A stretch of DNA of 51,414 nucleotides from Clostridia bacterium (GTDB taxonomy: Bacteria > Bacillota > Clostridia > Christensenellales > UBA3700), in NCBI GenBank assembly GCA_029060065.1, contig JAIDUT010000073.1:1-51414 (forward strand), given 5' to 3'. Under the pieces are notes generated by a model. It saw nothing but the letters and a program-made list of their open reading frames with translations. It did not search any database and was not told the DNA's origin. Made by a program: the position numbers and the translations under genes. Below are positions 1-8,300 of this stretch, one piece after another. The first letter of the stretch is position 1. Every line of letters begins with the position of its first letter.

Positions 1-56
1 CTTTTTGTAGCGTGCAAGATTTCACAAAATCTTGCTAATTGATGGGGAGGTGTGAT

Positions 57-242
57 ATGGCAAAAGAAAAACCGCGCGCAGAAGTCGTAAGTTCTGACGA
101 ATCGACCGATGTTCCGAAAAAATTGACTTTGGAGGTTGAGATGTCGGATAAAGTCGAATTGGTCGTATGTGAAGTGTGCGGACACAAGAACGTAAAGAGT
201 GCAGGACTTTGCGCTATGTGTTCAAATTATTTAATTAATTAA
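57..242 (+). CDS. small zinc-ribbon protein (hypothetical)
   Basis: Track ORF 39..242. The best start is ATG 57, 7 nt after GGGAGG (44-49). The C-terminus has CxxC-N10-CxxC (CEVCGH...CAMCSN). No family recognised. Confidence 0.5.
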   Translation: MAKEKPRAEVVSSDESTDVPKKLTLEVEMSDKVELVVCEVCGHKNVKSAGLCAMCSNYLIN

Positions 243-254
243 AGGAGATAAAAA

Positions 255-1637
255 ATGTGTTTTAGAAAAAAAGAAGAATTTATACCCATCGACGCTCCTA
301 TAGCAGAGCAAGCAAGACCGTATTTAGAGCATAGGAGGCGTCTAAACGAATTAAATTTCGAGAATGCGCACGAAGTGGAAATTGCTATTTACTGTCTTAA
401 CGTAAATCCAACTTTGGTAAGAGATTTGGACGTCGCCAATGCAAGAGAATTGGCAATATTAAAAATTTGGATAGGAAAGGATTATTCAAATTATTTGTTG
501 TGCATAAAGAACAACATCGAACATATTGAGCTGTTGACATTGTATATTATCGGGAAGTTGCTAAAGACTCTCGGAGCAGGTAATGAAGGGATTTCGCTTC
601 TTGTAAGTTATGATAAAAAATTGTTGATAAATTATCAATACGAAACTAAAAGCGGGGAAACGATTTCCTACTTTGACAAAAATCTGGGAGTACCTACCTC
701 GCTTGTTGCAAAGGCAAATATTAAGCTCAAACTTGCCGATGCGCAAAAACTTGTCGAAAACATAGACGTAGCGCTGAAATACTTAGATATGGCGCTTGTG
801 TCCAACTTTATTACGGGAATTATAAACAAGACCGTGCGCGATACGATATTGAACTTTATAGATAAAAAGGGATTGTCGTTCTATGACTTGCCTCAATACT
901 ATACCGAAATAAACCAAGGTATTTTTGCAAAGTTGAAAGAGCAATTCGAGATATGCGGTATGACATTGACAGACTTCTCTTTGTCGGACATATCGGTTCC
1001 CAACAACACGGGCAAACTTTTGAGAGATCAGTTCTTTGCTATATCCGAAGCCGAACGTATTAAAAAACACGAGTACAAAATGGAGAAAGAGGCTTTGGAT
1101 TTATACGAGCGTAAGGCGTCAATACACGACAAGTATCCCGATTTTCCAATTACGCTCACCGAGGCAGAGAAGGATTTTGCTCTCAATCGCTATTTAACGC
1201 GTATGGGTAAGGATACGGCTTTGACGGCTGATATTAAAGATGAGGTATTGGAAAAACGCAAAGTAATCAACAAAGGCACCGTCACGACAGAACGCAAAAT
1301 TACCGCGCCGAAGTTTATTAAGAAATCCAACAAGACCCGTCTTATTTTCGGTGTTTCTGTAGCGGTATTATATTTAATTGCCTTAATATGCTTTGCAGGC
1401 GGAGCAAAATTAGGTTTTTCAATGTTGGCGGGCGTAACTTTGCTATCAGGTATAGTGGCTATTGTATGTTATAACAAACTCAAATACGGTGACAAGTCAG
1501 AGCAGATTGTAGATACGGGATACCGTCGTGAAAACGATATGTATATCAAACAACAAGAAGACGTAGATATTGTAGAAAACGCGAATATGAAGTCGGACGC
1601 GAGTGAAGAAGAGAATTGGGAGAAAAATAATGGTTAA
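255..1637 (+). CDS. hypothetical membrane-anchored protein, possibly SPFH/band-7 (YdjI-like)
   Basis: AAAGGAG SD lies before ATG 255. 460 aa with two C-terminal TM helices (LIFGVSVAVLYLIALICFAGG, FSMLAGVTLLSGIVAIVCY). The central segment (FEICGMTLTDFSLSDISVP...EAERIKKHEYKMEKEA) resembles SPFH-type proteins only loosely. Confidence 0.45.
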   Translation: MCFRKKEEFIPIDAPIAEQARPYLEHRRRLNELNFENAHEVEIAIYCLNVNPTLVRDLDVANARELAILKIWIGKDYSNYLLCIKNNIEHIELLTLYIIGKLLKTLGAGNEGISLLVSYDKKLLINYQYETKSGETISYFDKNLGVPTSLVAKANIKLKLADAQKLVENIDVALKYLDMALVSNFITGIINKTVRDTILNFIDKKGLSFYDLPQYYTEINQGIFAKLKEQFEICGMTLTDFSLSDISVPNNTGKLLRDQFFAISEAERIKKHEYKMEKEALDLYERKASIHDKYPDFPITLTEAEKDFALNRYLTRMGKDTALTADIKDEVLEKRKVINKGTVTTERKITAPKFIKKSNKTRLIFGVSVAVLYLIALICFAGGAKLGFSMLAGVTLLSGIVAIVCYNKLKYGDKSEQIVDTGYRRENDMYIKQQEDVDIVENANMKSDASEEENWEKNNG

Positions 1638-2130
1638 TAATGCAAAACAAGATAAAAAAGCAAAGATTATAATTTTGGTAGTGACGCTTGCTCTGACGAT
1701 ACTATTCGCTACGCTTGGGGCTGTATTGCCCGGTAGAAATATGGCGCCAGATTCGTCAAACAATAATAACAGTAACAACAATAATAACGGTAACGGCGGT
1801 AATAGTAGCGGTACAAGTCATCATGTGAGCGGTACGCTTTATGTTAATAGTTACAAGACCGTATCTTTGTCGGGAACTTTCGTATATTACAGTTTTACGC
1901 CAAGTAGCTCCGGAACGTATGTGTTTACTTCTGTGTCGAATTATGACACTTACGCAACGTTGTATAATTCATCTTGGGGCACATTAACTTCTGACGACGA
2001 CAGTGGGGACGGTAGTAATTTTGGAATATCGTACTATTTGTCGTCCGGAAATACCTATTATTTAGGAGTTAGGTTATATAGCAGTAGCTCGGGACCAGAA
2101 ACGGTATCGTTATACGTTAGCCGATACTAA
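1630..2130 (+). CDS. membrane-anchored secreted protein with Asn-rich linker and pre-peptidase C-terminal (PPC)-like domain
   Basis: Track ORF 1603..2130 starts at GTG. ATG 1630 has a GGGAGA SD and overlaps the upstream stop (ATGGTTAA). It has an N-terminal TM helix (IIILVVTLALTILFATLGAV), an SNNNNSNNNNNGNGGNSS linker, then GTYVFTS..YDTYATLYNSSWGTLTSDDDSGDGSNF..YLSSGNTYYLGVRLY, typical of PPC beta-sandwich domains. Confidence 0.5.
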   Translation: MVNNAKQDKKAKIIILVVTLALTILFATLGAVLPGRNMAPDSSNNNNSNNNNNGNGGNSSGTSHHVSGTLYVNSYKTVSLSGTFVYYSFTPSSSGTYVFTSVSNYDTYATLYNSSWGTLTSDDDSGDGSNFGISYYLSSGNTYYLGVRLYSSSSGPETVSLYVSRY

Positions 2131-2150
2131 TAATAACAAAAACAACTTAG

Positions 2151-2182
2151 ATGCGTGTCCAAAAGTGACGCGCATTTTTTTT
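2151..2182 (+). terminator. rho-independent terminator of the 57..2130 operon
   Basis: ATGCGTGTC (2151-2159) pairs with GACGCGCAT (2167-2175) with one G-U pair, followed by T8. Confidence 0.8.
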
Positions 2183-2195
2183 GGGATAAAAGGGT

Positions 2196-2220
2196 AAAAA
2201 AATACAATGCTTTCGCATTG
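2196..2220 (-). terminator. rho-independent terminator (minus strand) for the 26-codon ORF unit
   Basis: The minus strand reads CAATGC-GAAA-GCATTG, then TATTTTTTTAC. On the + strand this is the A-run 2196-2202 and the stem 2205-2220. Confidence 0.65.
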
Positions 2221-2272
2221 CCTCATAATTCTCCTTTGTGATAAGCTCAAACTTTCTCAATAATTTTCCCGA

Positions 2273-2353
2273 TTACCAAAATCTTAAGTTTAAGCCGTAT
2301 TTTGTTACAAATTCTTTCCATTCTTCCTTCCATTCTTTGAAAAATTTCTTCAT
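2273..2353 (-). CDS. unannotated 26-aa small protein MKKFFKEWKEEWKEFVTKYGLNLRFW
   Basis: Not in the ORF track (<60 aa). An AAAGGAGG SD lies 8 nt upstream of the ATG. It has its own TTGACA-17-TAATAT promoter and its own terminator. The peptide is amphipathic and Lys/Glu/Trp-rich. Confidence 0.45.
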   Translation of the reverse strand: MKKFFKEWKEEWKEFVTKYGLNLRFW

Positions 2354-2384
2354 GGTTTTTACCTCCTTTATTATTTTCGCCTAC

Positions 2385-2413
2385 ATATTAGCACCGCGAT
2401 TTTTATTTGTCAA
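2385..2413 (-). promoter_or_regulatory. sigma-A type promoter for the small ORF
   Basis: The minus strand reads TTGACA (2413-2408), a 17-nt spacer, then TAATAT (2390-2385). Confidence 0.6.
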
Positions 2414-2620
2414 TAATTTTATGTAAAAATTTTTCAAAAAATTAAATTTGATTTATTATATCAATATTTTTGACATATGAAAAAGCTTTTATTCATTATA
2501 AATTTATAATATATCAATATATTTATAATATATTTACCTAAAAATATAATTTTATCCGTATTTTACGCGAGTAAATTTAATATCATTCAAAAGAATTTCT
2601 CTTTAAGAGTATAAAAATCG

Positions 2621-2649
2621 TTGACAATAGTTGAAAGTTTTCTTATAAT
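2621..2649 (+). promoter_or_regulatory. consensus sigma-A promoter of the TetR-family gene
   Basis: TTGACA (2621-2626), a 17-nt spacer, then TATAAT (2644-2649). Confidence 0.75.
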
Positions 2650-2653
2650 ATTA

Positions 2654-2668
2654 TTGAACAATGTTCAA
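2654..2668. promoter_or_regulatory. palindromic operator candidate TTGAACA-A-TGTTCAA
   Basis: Perfect 7+1+7 palindrome lying 5 nt after the -10 box, so it covers the expected TSS. This is the typical layout for TetR autorepression. Confidence 0.6.
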
Positions 2669-2683
2669 ATATGGAGAGTGTTT

Positions 2684-3256
2684 ATGAAGGTAACAAAAGA
2701 TGCTATTATCGACGAGGCGATAGCCATACTCGAAGAAAAGGGTGATGACCCGCAAAAACTCACGATAAGAGAACTTGCCGGCAGACTTGGCATAGGCGTG
2801 GGACTTGTCAATTATCATTTCGGTTCGAAAGAAGTGCTTGTCAATCGCTGTGTCAAGAAGATGATTATGTCGATAGTCGAAGAATTTCACAAGGTAAGAA
2901 CTTCGCTTGCGTTTATGAAACCTAAGGAAAAGCTCAATTATCTGTGTCTTATGACCTTTGATTATTTGTATACTAAGCCCAACGTGTCAAAAGTTGCGTT
3001 AATATACGACCTTGGCAATACGTCCAACGACGATACCACGTCGGAACTTATCGACGCGTATATACCTATCGTTAAGGATTGCAAACCTGCCTACGACGAC
3101 CAAAAGGCATATCTTATAGCTTCAAGGGTAATTTATATCATTGAACAGTCTTTTTTGCGTACAGACGTGATTAGATTGCGTAGCGGAGTGGATTTGAGAA
3201 ATTCCGAAGAGAGAAAAGAGTATCTTGAGAATTTGCTCAAAGACATGATTAAGTAA
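2684..3256 (+). CDS. TetR/AcrR family transcriptional regulator
   Basis: ATG 2684 lies after GGAGAG (2673-2678); the track start 2621 is the -35 box TTG. The N-terminal HTH is LTIRELAGRLGIGVGLVNYHFGSKE. Confidence 0.85.
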   Translation: MKVTKDAIIDEAIAILEEKGDDPQKLTIRELAGRLGIGVGLVNYHFGSKEVLVNRCVKKMIMSIVEEFHKVRTSLAFMKPKEKLNYLCLMTFDYLYTKPNVSKVALIYDLGNTSNDDTTSELIDAYIPIVKDCKPAYDDQKAYLIASRVIYIIEQSFLRTDVIRLRSGVDLRNSEERKEYLENLLKDMIK

Positions 3257-3267
3257 CGAGGTGAGTT

Positions 3268-4068
3268 ATGCCGTCTATATATGCTCACTATTTATTTGGG
3301 GAGAAAAGTATATCTAAATTTCCCCAAGATTTACAAAAAATTGTCAACGAAAACCGCAAGTTTTACGACCTCGGTACCTCCGGAGGTGACTTGGTGTTCT
3401 ATTACAAGCCGTATAAGAAAAACGAAGTACGCAGTTACGGCTCTAAGTTGCACAGGGAAAACATGAGGGCGCAACTTGAGGCATTTAGAGAAAAGGCGAT
3501 AGACAGTTGCGCAAAAGAGCGCGATATTGCCTACCTTGCGGGGTATTATACTCACTTCATTCTCGACTCGCGTACGCACCCGTTTATTGAAAAGATGCAA
3601 TCCGACGGAGTAGCAAAGCACTTCGTAATAGAGCAGGATTACGATAGGAAATTATTGATAAAATACGGAGAGGATCCCTTTAGCAATAAGTATCTTCGCT
3701 TTCAAATAAACGATTTGTCTACGCAAGAAGTCGTCGCAAAGTATTTGAATACTTCGCCTAAGAATATAAAAAAGACTTTGAATGACCGCAAGAAATTTCT
3801 TAAGTGTATATCCAAACAGAATAAACTTTGGCGCTCGTTTGTAATTTTCTTATTCAACGTGTCGGGAAATAGTGCCGGACTAGACGTTTTGATACAAAAG
3901 GAAGAAAACGACAAGTGCGCTGAAGTACGCAATACGCTAGACAAACTTGTAACCGAGGCGTTGTCGGAAGTGGAGAAAACGGCGGGAGAATTTTGGAATT
4001 TCATAGTTGACGGAAAAGGACTTGGCGATAGATTCGATTGCGACTTTTATCTCCGCCAAGTCGATTAA
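3268..4068 (+). CDS. zinc-dependent phospholipase C-like family protein (hypothetical)
   Basis: GAGGTG SD. The N-terminus (YAHYLFG) and the YYTHFILDSRTHP His-rich motifs resemble the Zn-dependent PLC-like fold. It is co-oriented with the TetR gene, 11 nt downstream. Confidence 0.45.
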   Translation: MPSIYAHYLFGEKSISKFPQDLQKIVNENRKFYDLGTSGGDLVFYYKPYKKNEVRSYGSKLHRENMRAQLEAFREKAIDSCAKERDIAYLAGYYTHFILDSRTHPFIEKMQSDGVAKHFVIEQDYDRKLLIKYGEDPFSNKYLRFQINDLSTQEVVAKYLNTSPKNIKKTLNDRKKFLKCISKQNKLWRSFVIFLFNVSGNSAGLDVLIQKEENDKCAEVRNTLDKLVTEALSEVEKTAGEFWNFIVDGKGLGDRFDCDFYLRQVD

Positions 4069-4185
4069 GTCGATAATTGTAAAATTTTGCCAAATTTATT
4101 TTTAGATTTTTGTAAGGGCTATTTACAGAGAATATTCTTTATGATATGCTTTATTAGGTAACGTTGACGCTTAAAGGAGGACTTT

Positions 4186-4872
4186 ATGGAATACAAAGTA
4201 TTTGTAGTAGAAGACGACGAGAGTATAAGAGGACTATACGAGATAGCTTTTCAAGACAAATTCGACTGCTTGAGTTTTGTCAGAGCCGAGGATATGTTCC
4301 AAGCGTTAAAGGCAGATACTCCCGATATAATTATTTTGGATTTGATGTTGCCGGGAATGGACGGACTTCAGGCGCTATCGCTTCTCAAGCAAGACGCGCA
4401 GACGAGAGATATACCTGTCATAATAGCAAGCGCTAAGGGCGATGAAAGCGTCAAGGTGAGAGGTTTGGACGCAGGTGCAGACGATTATATTGCAAAGCCT
4501 TTCGGCATGCTGGAACTGATTGCGAGAGTTAAAGCAAACTTGCGCAAGTCCGGCGGTAGAAAAGGCGACGAAGACGTTATTGAATGCGGTAGTATTAAGA
4601 TAAACAATGCAGAACACGCGGTTTACGTCGATTCGCAACTTGTCAATCTCACGTTAAAGGAGTATAATTTGCTGTCATTACTTGTCAAGAATGCCGATTG
4701 CGTCGTTACAAGAGAGAAGATTCTATCCGAAGTATGGGATTATGAATTCGTGGGCGAAACGCGTACGCTTGATATGCACGTTAAGTCGTTGAGGTCAAAA
4801 CTCGCTGAGTTTTCCGACAAGCAATTTATTGCGACTATTCGCGGAGTGGGATATAAGTTTATTAAAAGTTGA
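4186..4872 (+). CDS. OmpR/PhoB-family response regulator
   Basis: AAAGGAGG SD. Receiver domain (VFVVEDDESI, IIILDLMLPGMDG, AKGD) plus a winged-helix output domain (LTLKEYNLLSLL...IRGVGYKF). Confidence 0.9.
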   Translation: MEYKVFVVEDDESIRGLYEIAFQDKFDCLSFVRAEDMFQALKADTPDIIILDLMLPGMDGLQALSLLKQDAQTRDIPVIIASAKGDESVKVRGLDAGADDYIAKPFGMLELIARVKANLRKSGGRKGDEDVIECGSIKINNAEHAVYVDSQLVNLTLKEYNLLSLLVKNADCVVTREKILSEVWDYEFVGETRTLDMHVKSLRSKLAEFSDKQFIATIRGVGYKFIKS

Positions 4873-4873
4873 T

Positions 4874-4902
4874 TTGCTATTTTCTAAAAATAGTATTATA
4901 AT
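4874..4902 (+). promoter_or_regulatory. sigma-A promoter abutting the release-factor-like gene (predicted leaderless mRNA)
   Basis: TTGCTA (4874-4879), a 17-nt spacer, then TATAAT (4897-4902). The ATG at 4909 starts 7 nt after the last -10 base, and there is no SD. Confidence 0.55.
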
Positions 4903-4908
4903 AATCAT

Positions 4909-5916
4909 ATGTACGGAATTTACGACGATATTATATCCTCGGCAGAGAGGGCGCTTGATAGTTTTGAAGAAACAAAAGAACTTTTGGAATATCCCGAAGT
5001 ACAGGCGGACAAGGCATATTATTTGTCTATTTTATCAAAGTACAATAATCTGAAAATTATAAAGGACAAGCATACCGCGCTTATATCCGCGCTCGAAGAG
5101 GAAAAGGCGGTGTCGGATATGCTTTCAGACGCAAGTTCCGACGATGAGCGAGCGGTAATATACGAGGAGATTTCTTCTTTGAAAAGAAGCGCGTCGAAGA
5201 TATCGTCGTCGCTTTCGGATGCTCTTGGCTGTAAGCGCGCAGAGGAGCGAGCATATTGCAGATTCAAATTCAAAGAGAATTACTCTAATTTCGGCGTAGC
5301 TTTATTTTCTCTCATTAAAACTGATTTGTTGTCGCGCGGAGCCAAGGTTGAGGAGGAAACCGTCGTAACCTCAAAAGGCGGTTATACGCAGGAAATATCT
5401 TTCATAGCAGAGGGAGCTGACGTCATTACTCGACTTAGCCCGCTTTCGGGCGCGCACAAGGTTTATACCTCTCAGTCTAAGAGCGAAGAATTGCGCTTTG
5501 CGGTGACCCCGTCGGCAAAGATTGATAAGGTAGAGGAGAACGACTTGAAGATAGACGTTTTTCACTCTTCGGGCGCAGGCGGTCAGAACGTAAATAAGGT
5601 CGAAACGGCTATACGCATAACGCACATACCCACTGGACTTGTAGTCGTCTGTCAAGACGAGCGGTCGCAACTTAAGAATAAAAAACGCGCGCTGGCTACT
5701 ATTGAAAAGAAGTTGAAAGAGAGGAGCGAGCAAGCGGAGAAAAAACGCATGGAAGCCGATATCTGCGCGCAACATTCCCAAAAGAACACGCCGATATCTT
5801 TTGACGCGCTTAGTAATACTATGAGCGATACGCGTCTAAAAGCGTTTTCAAAAATTCCTTTTCCGCTTGACGAAGGACAATTCACTCAATATATAAACGG
5901 GCTTATAGCATTATGA
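4909..5916 (+). CDS. divergent class-I peptide chain release factor-like protein (GGQ present, codon-recognition loop absent)
   Basis: FHSSGAGGQNVNKVETAIRITHIPTGLVVVCQDERSQLKNK is a canonical RF-1/GGQ domain. The N-terminal helical domain aligns to RF1 domain 1. The PxT/SPF region is replaced by HKVYTSQSKSEELRFAVTPSA. Confidence 0.75.
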   Translation: MYGIYDDIISSAERALDSFEETKELLEYPEVQADKAYYLSILSKYNNLKIIKDKHTALISALEEEKAVSDMLSDASSDDERAVIYEEISSLKRSASKISSSLSDALGCKRAEERAYCRFKFKENYSNFGVALFSLIKTDLLSRGAKVEEETVVTSKGGYTQEISFIAEGADVITRLSPLSGAHKVYTSQSKSEELRFAVTPSAKIDKVEENDLKIDVFHSSGAGGQNVNKVETAIRITHIPTGLVVVCQDERSQLKNKKRALATIEKKLKERSEQAEKKRMEADICAQHSQKNTPISFDALSNTMSDTRLKAFSKIPFPLDEGQFTQYINGLIAL

Positions 5917-8300
5917 TACAAAGAATTACTGCAGATACAAAAAAGATAGCGTTATCTTCAAATCGAACTATCTACAAGACAGAGGGCTTTATTACGCTTA
6001 CGCGCAGAATAATGTCCATTGATGCTTTTATTTCCCGTGTTGCAGAAGGTATTTTTAGCTCGAATATAACTCTTCCCGACGGCTGTTGCATAGCGCAGAC
6101 GGAGGACGGACTCTATACGCTTTTCTTACTTTGCAAAGGTATAGATAAAAGGTTAAAGGGCGGAGATATCGTATTTTATAAATTCTTAAGCGCTAATTCT
6201 ACCGAGGGCGGAATCGACAGACGGCTGAGCGATTATATTTCCTCGGGCAGTAAAATTACGCTTGTATTACGCGAAACTAACGATACGGCGCAAGAAGAGG
6301 ATTTAACTAGATTGTATCTTGTGTCAGGCTCCGACGGCATAGTCAACTTTCCTTATCTTAACGAAACGCAACGAAAAATCGTCGAAACCGAGGACGCCAA
6401 CATGCTCGTGCAGGGTATTGCCGGAAGCGGTAAGACCAACGTGTGCGTTGAAAAAATCGTATATTGCGCTTGTCGTAACTATCGTGGCGCTGTGTTATAC
6501 ACAACGTTTTCTCGCGGACTTTTGAGCGAAACGCGTAACCGTGTAGAACTGTTTTCAAAAAATATCGACGGCTTTATTTCCGCATATGAGAGCGGGCGCG
6601 TCGTGTTCCTCGACGCAGACCATAAAAAAGCCGTGGAAAACAAACTGGGTATTCTCTTTTCCGTAGACGAGGACGGCGAAATCATATCCGCATTAAAGCG
6701 TATTGCTAAATTTCTAAAACAAAAGGTAGAGTATCGACTAATTGAAGATCTATACGCAGATATGTTTGAAGCAAAGCGCGTAGCAGGCGAAAGCGTATTT
6801 TTGAAAGAGTATTTAGGCTCGGGAAAAAATTATCGACTTTCCGGCGCGTTGGAAAAGATAAAAAATATTGCGCCTGAGATAATTTATAAAGAGATATACG
6901 GAATGATTTTCGGTAAGTACGAACTTGACGCGCCGAGCGATATGATGAGCAGACAGGAGTACGTTGACGCTAGAAGCGACAGCTTTACACCGCGCGAATG
7001 CGACACTATCTATTCCGTTGCTCTCGATTACTCCGAGTTTTTGAAGAAGCGCGGTTATACGGACAATAATCTTATGAGCCGTGAGATTTTAAGTAAAGTT
7101 TCGACGCCGACGTATTCGGTAGGCGTAATCGATGAAGCGCAGGACTTTACGCAGGTAAATCTATGCCTTATGAAAAAGTTGTGTCGAAAACTATTTTGCG
7201 TAGGCGACGCTTTGCAGATGATAAATCCGTCGTATTTCAATTTCGGATATTTGAAGCGTTTAATGTACGGCGACGTTACGGGCGTCAACGAGTTGAGGCA
7301 CAATTATCGCAGTACTCAAAGAATTGAAAGAATAGCCGAAAAACTCGGAGAAATGAATATGCAGAGGTTCGGCACACACAGCTTCGTATTGAAGGGAGAA
7401 AGCGTACCTTCTCCACTGCCTTCGGGAGCGGTTGTAGTAAAGGATAGAAATTTCGTTTACTCGCTGGGCGATAAGAAGTTCGAAAACGTAACCGTAGTTG
7501 TAGCCTCGCAGAAAAAGAAAGAAGAGCTCAAAAAGTTTTTGGGTAAGATAGAGATATTAACCGTAGCCGAAGCAAAGGGCTTGGAGCGCAATACCGTAAT
7601 ACTTGTAGACGTATTAAGCGACAACGCCGACAAGTGGCGATATCTTCACAATATGTCGCTCAATAGAAAGAAAGCCGACGAAAATTCCGTGTTCAGGTAT
7701 TACTTCAATCTATTCTACGTAGGTATTTCCCGCGCTAAGCAGTATTTATTCGTCGCCGAGTCAAATTATCCGGAATCTTTCAACAACTTATTTAACGAAT
7801 GTTTTGAGCGAAAGAATAAGGAAGGCGCTCTTGCGTATCTAAGAGAGATTGCAGGCAGATTAGAGATAGACGACGATGAATTCATCGAGCGTATAGAAAA
7901 GTTCTGTTCGCTAGAGCAGTACGAAAATGCAAGGAACACTGCGGACAGGCTATCGACAGAAGAGGCGCGTAAGAAGCAACTTATTTATATATCTATTCAC
8001 GAAAATTACTTGCGTTACGGAAAGATAAGGGACGCTGGAATAGAGTATTGGCGACAGGGTATGGACGCAGAGGCTCGCGAAATGTTCACCCGTTCGGGAG
8101 ATACGGAGTTGTTTCCGTTAATGGACGCGTGTCTGCAGGGCGGTGGAGTACTCAATCCCGAAATCGTACGATTCTATCCGTTAATAGAGGATAACGAAGT
8201 AGCAAAGAAAATTATAATCGACACGCTAAATAAAGACAGCAATGAAATAGCGGTAAAATTAAAAACCGCAAACAATAATTTGAAGAGGAAAAGACAATGA
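5913..8300 (+). CDS. UvrD/Rep/HelD-like superfamily-1 helicase with unknown N-terminal domain and helical C-terminal extension
   Basis: ATGA overlap with the upstream stop. SF1 motifs are LNETQRKIV, GIAGSGKT (Walker A), VIDEAQDF (Walker B), VGDALQMI, NYRSTQRI, AEAKGLERNTVILV and YVGISRAKQYLFV. Confidence 0.8.
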   Translation: MIQRITADTKKIALSSNRTIYKTEGFITLTRRIMSIDAFISRVAEGIFSSNITLPDGCCIAQTEDGLYTLFLLCKGIDKRLKGGDIVFYKFLSANSTEGGIDRRLSDYISSGSKITLVLRETNDTAQEEDLTRLYLVSGSDGIVNFPYLNETQRKIVETEDANMLVQGIAGSGKTNVCVEKIVYCACRNYRGAVLYTTFSRGLLSETRNRVELFSKNIDGFISAYESGRVVFLDADHKKAVENKLGILFSVDEDGEIISALKRIAKFLKQKVEYRLIEDLYADMFEAKRVAGESVFLKEYLGSGKNYRLSGALEKIKNIAPEIIYKEIYGMIFGKYELDAPSDMMSRQEYVDARSDSFTPRECDTIYSVALDYSEFLKKRGYTDNNLMSREILSKVSTPTYSVGVIDEAQDFTQVNLCLMKKLCRKLFCVGDALQMINPSYFNFGYLKRLMYGDVTGVNELRHNYRSTQRIERIAEKLGEMNMQRFGTHSFVLKGESVPSPLPSGAVVVKDRNFVYSLGDKKFENVTVVVASQKKKEELKKFLGKIEILTVAEAKGLERNTVILVDVLSDNADKWRYLHNMSLNRKKADENSVFRYYFNLFYVGISRAKQYLFVAESNYPESFNNLFNECFERKNKEGALAYLREIAGRLEIDDDEFIERIEKFCSLEQYENARNTADRLSTEEARKKQLIYISIHENYLRYGKIRDAGIEYWRQGMDAEAREMFTRSGDTELFPLMDACLQGGGVLNPEIVRFYPLIEDNEVAKKIIIDTLNKDSNEIAVKLKTANNNLKRKRQ

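Noticed and set aside
14-35. Hairpin GCAAGATTT-CACA-AAATCTTGC at the left edge as a terminator
   Set aside because: It has a perfect 9-bp stem but no following T-tract, and its upstream context lies outside the window. It could equally be an operator, so I left it uncalled.
2221-2242. Second minus-strand ORF (MRQCESIVFFYPF..., about 39 aa) after an AAGGAG at about 2234
   Set aside because: The ATG is only 4 nt from the SD. The frame also runs straight through both terminator hairpins into the antisense of the PPC gene, so it is most likely not translated.
2238-2426. Track ORF (+, 62 aa) in the intergenic region after the first operon
   Set aside because: It has no SD or promoter, and its sequence is low-complexity and Phe-rich. 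The minus strand carries a complete promoter/SD/ORF/terminator unit that explains the region better.
2654-2668. TGAAC..GTTCA palindromes as LexA (Cheo/SOS) boxes
   Set aside because: The Gram-positive SOS box is GAAC-N4-GTTC. All three copies here have N3 spacing, and no SOS genes are adjacent.
4909-5916. Possibility that the release-factor gene is prfB with its programmed +1 frameshift, or is PrfH/ArfB
   Set aside because: It is a single uninterrupted frame from ATG 4909, with no in-frame CUU-UGA-C frameshift site and no SPF motif. At 335 aa, with a full N-terminal domain, it is far longer than ArfB or PrfH, and no rtcB is adjacent.
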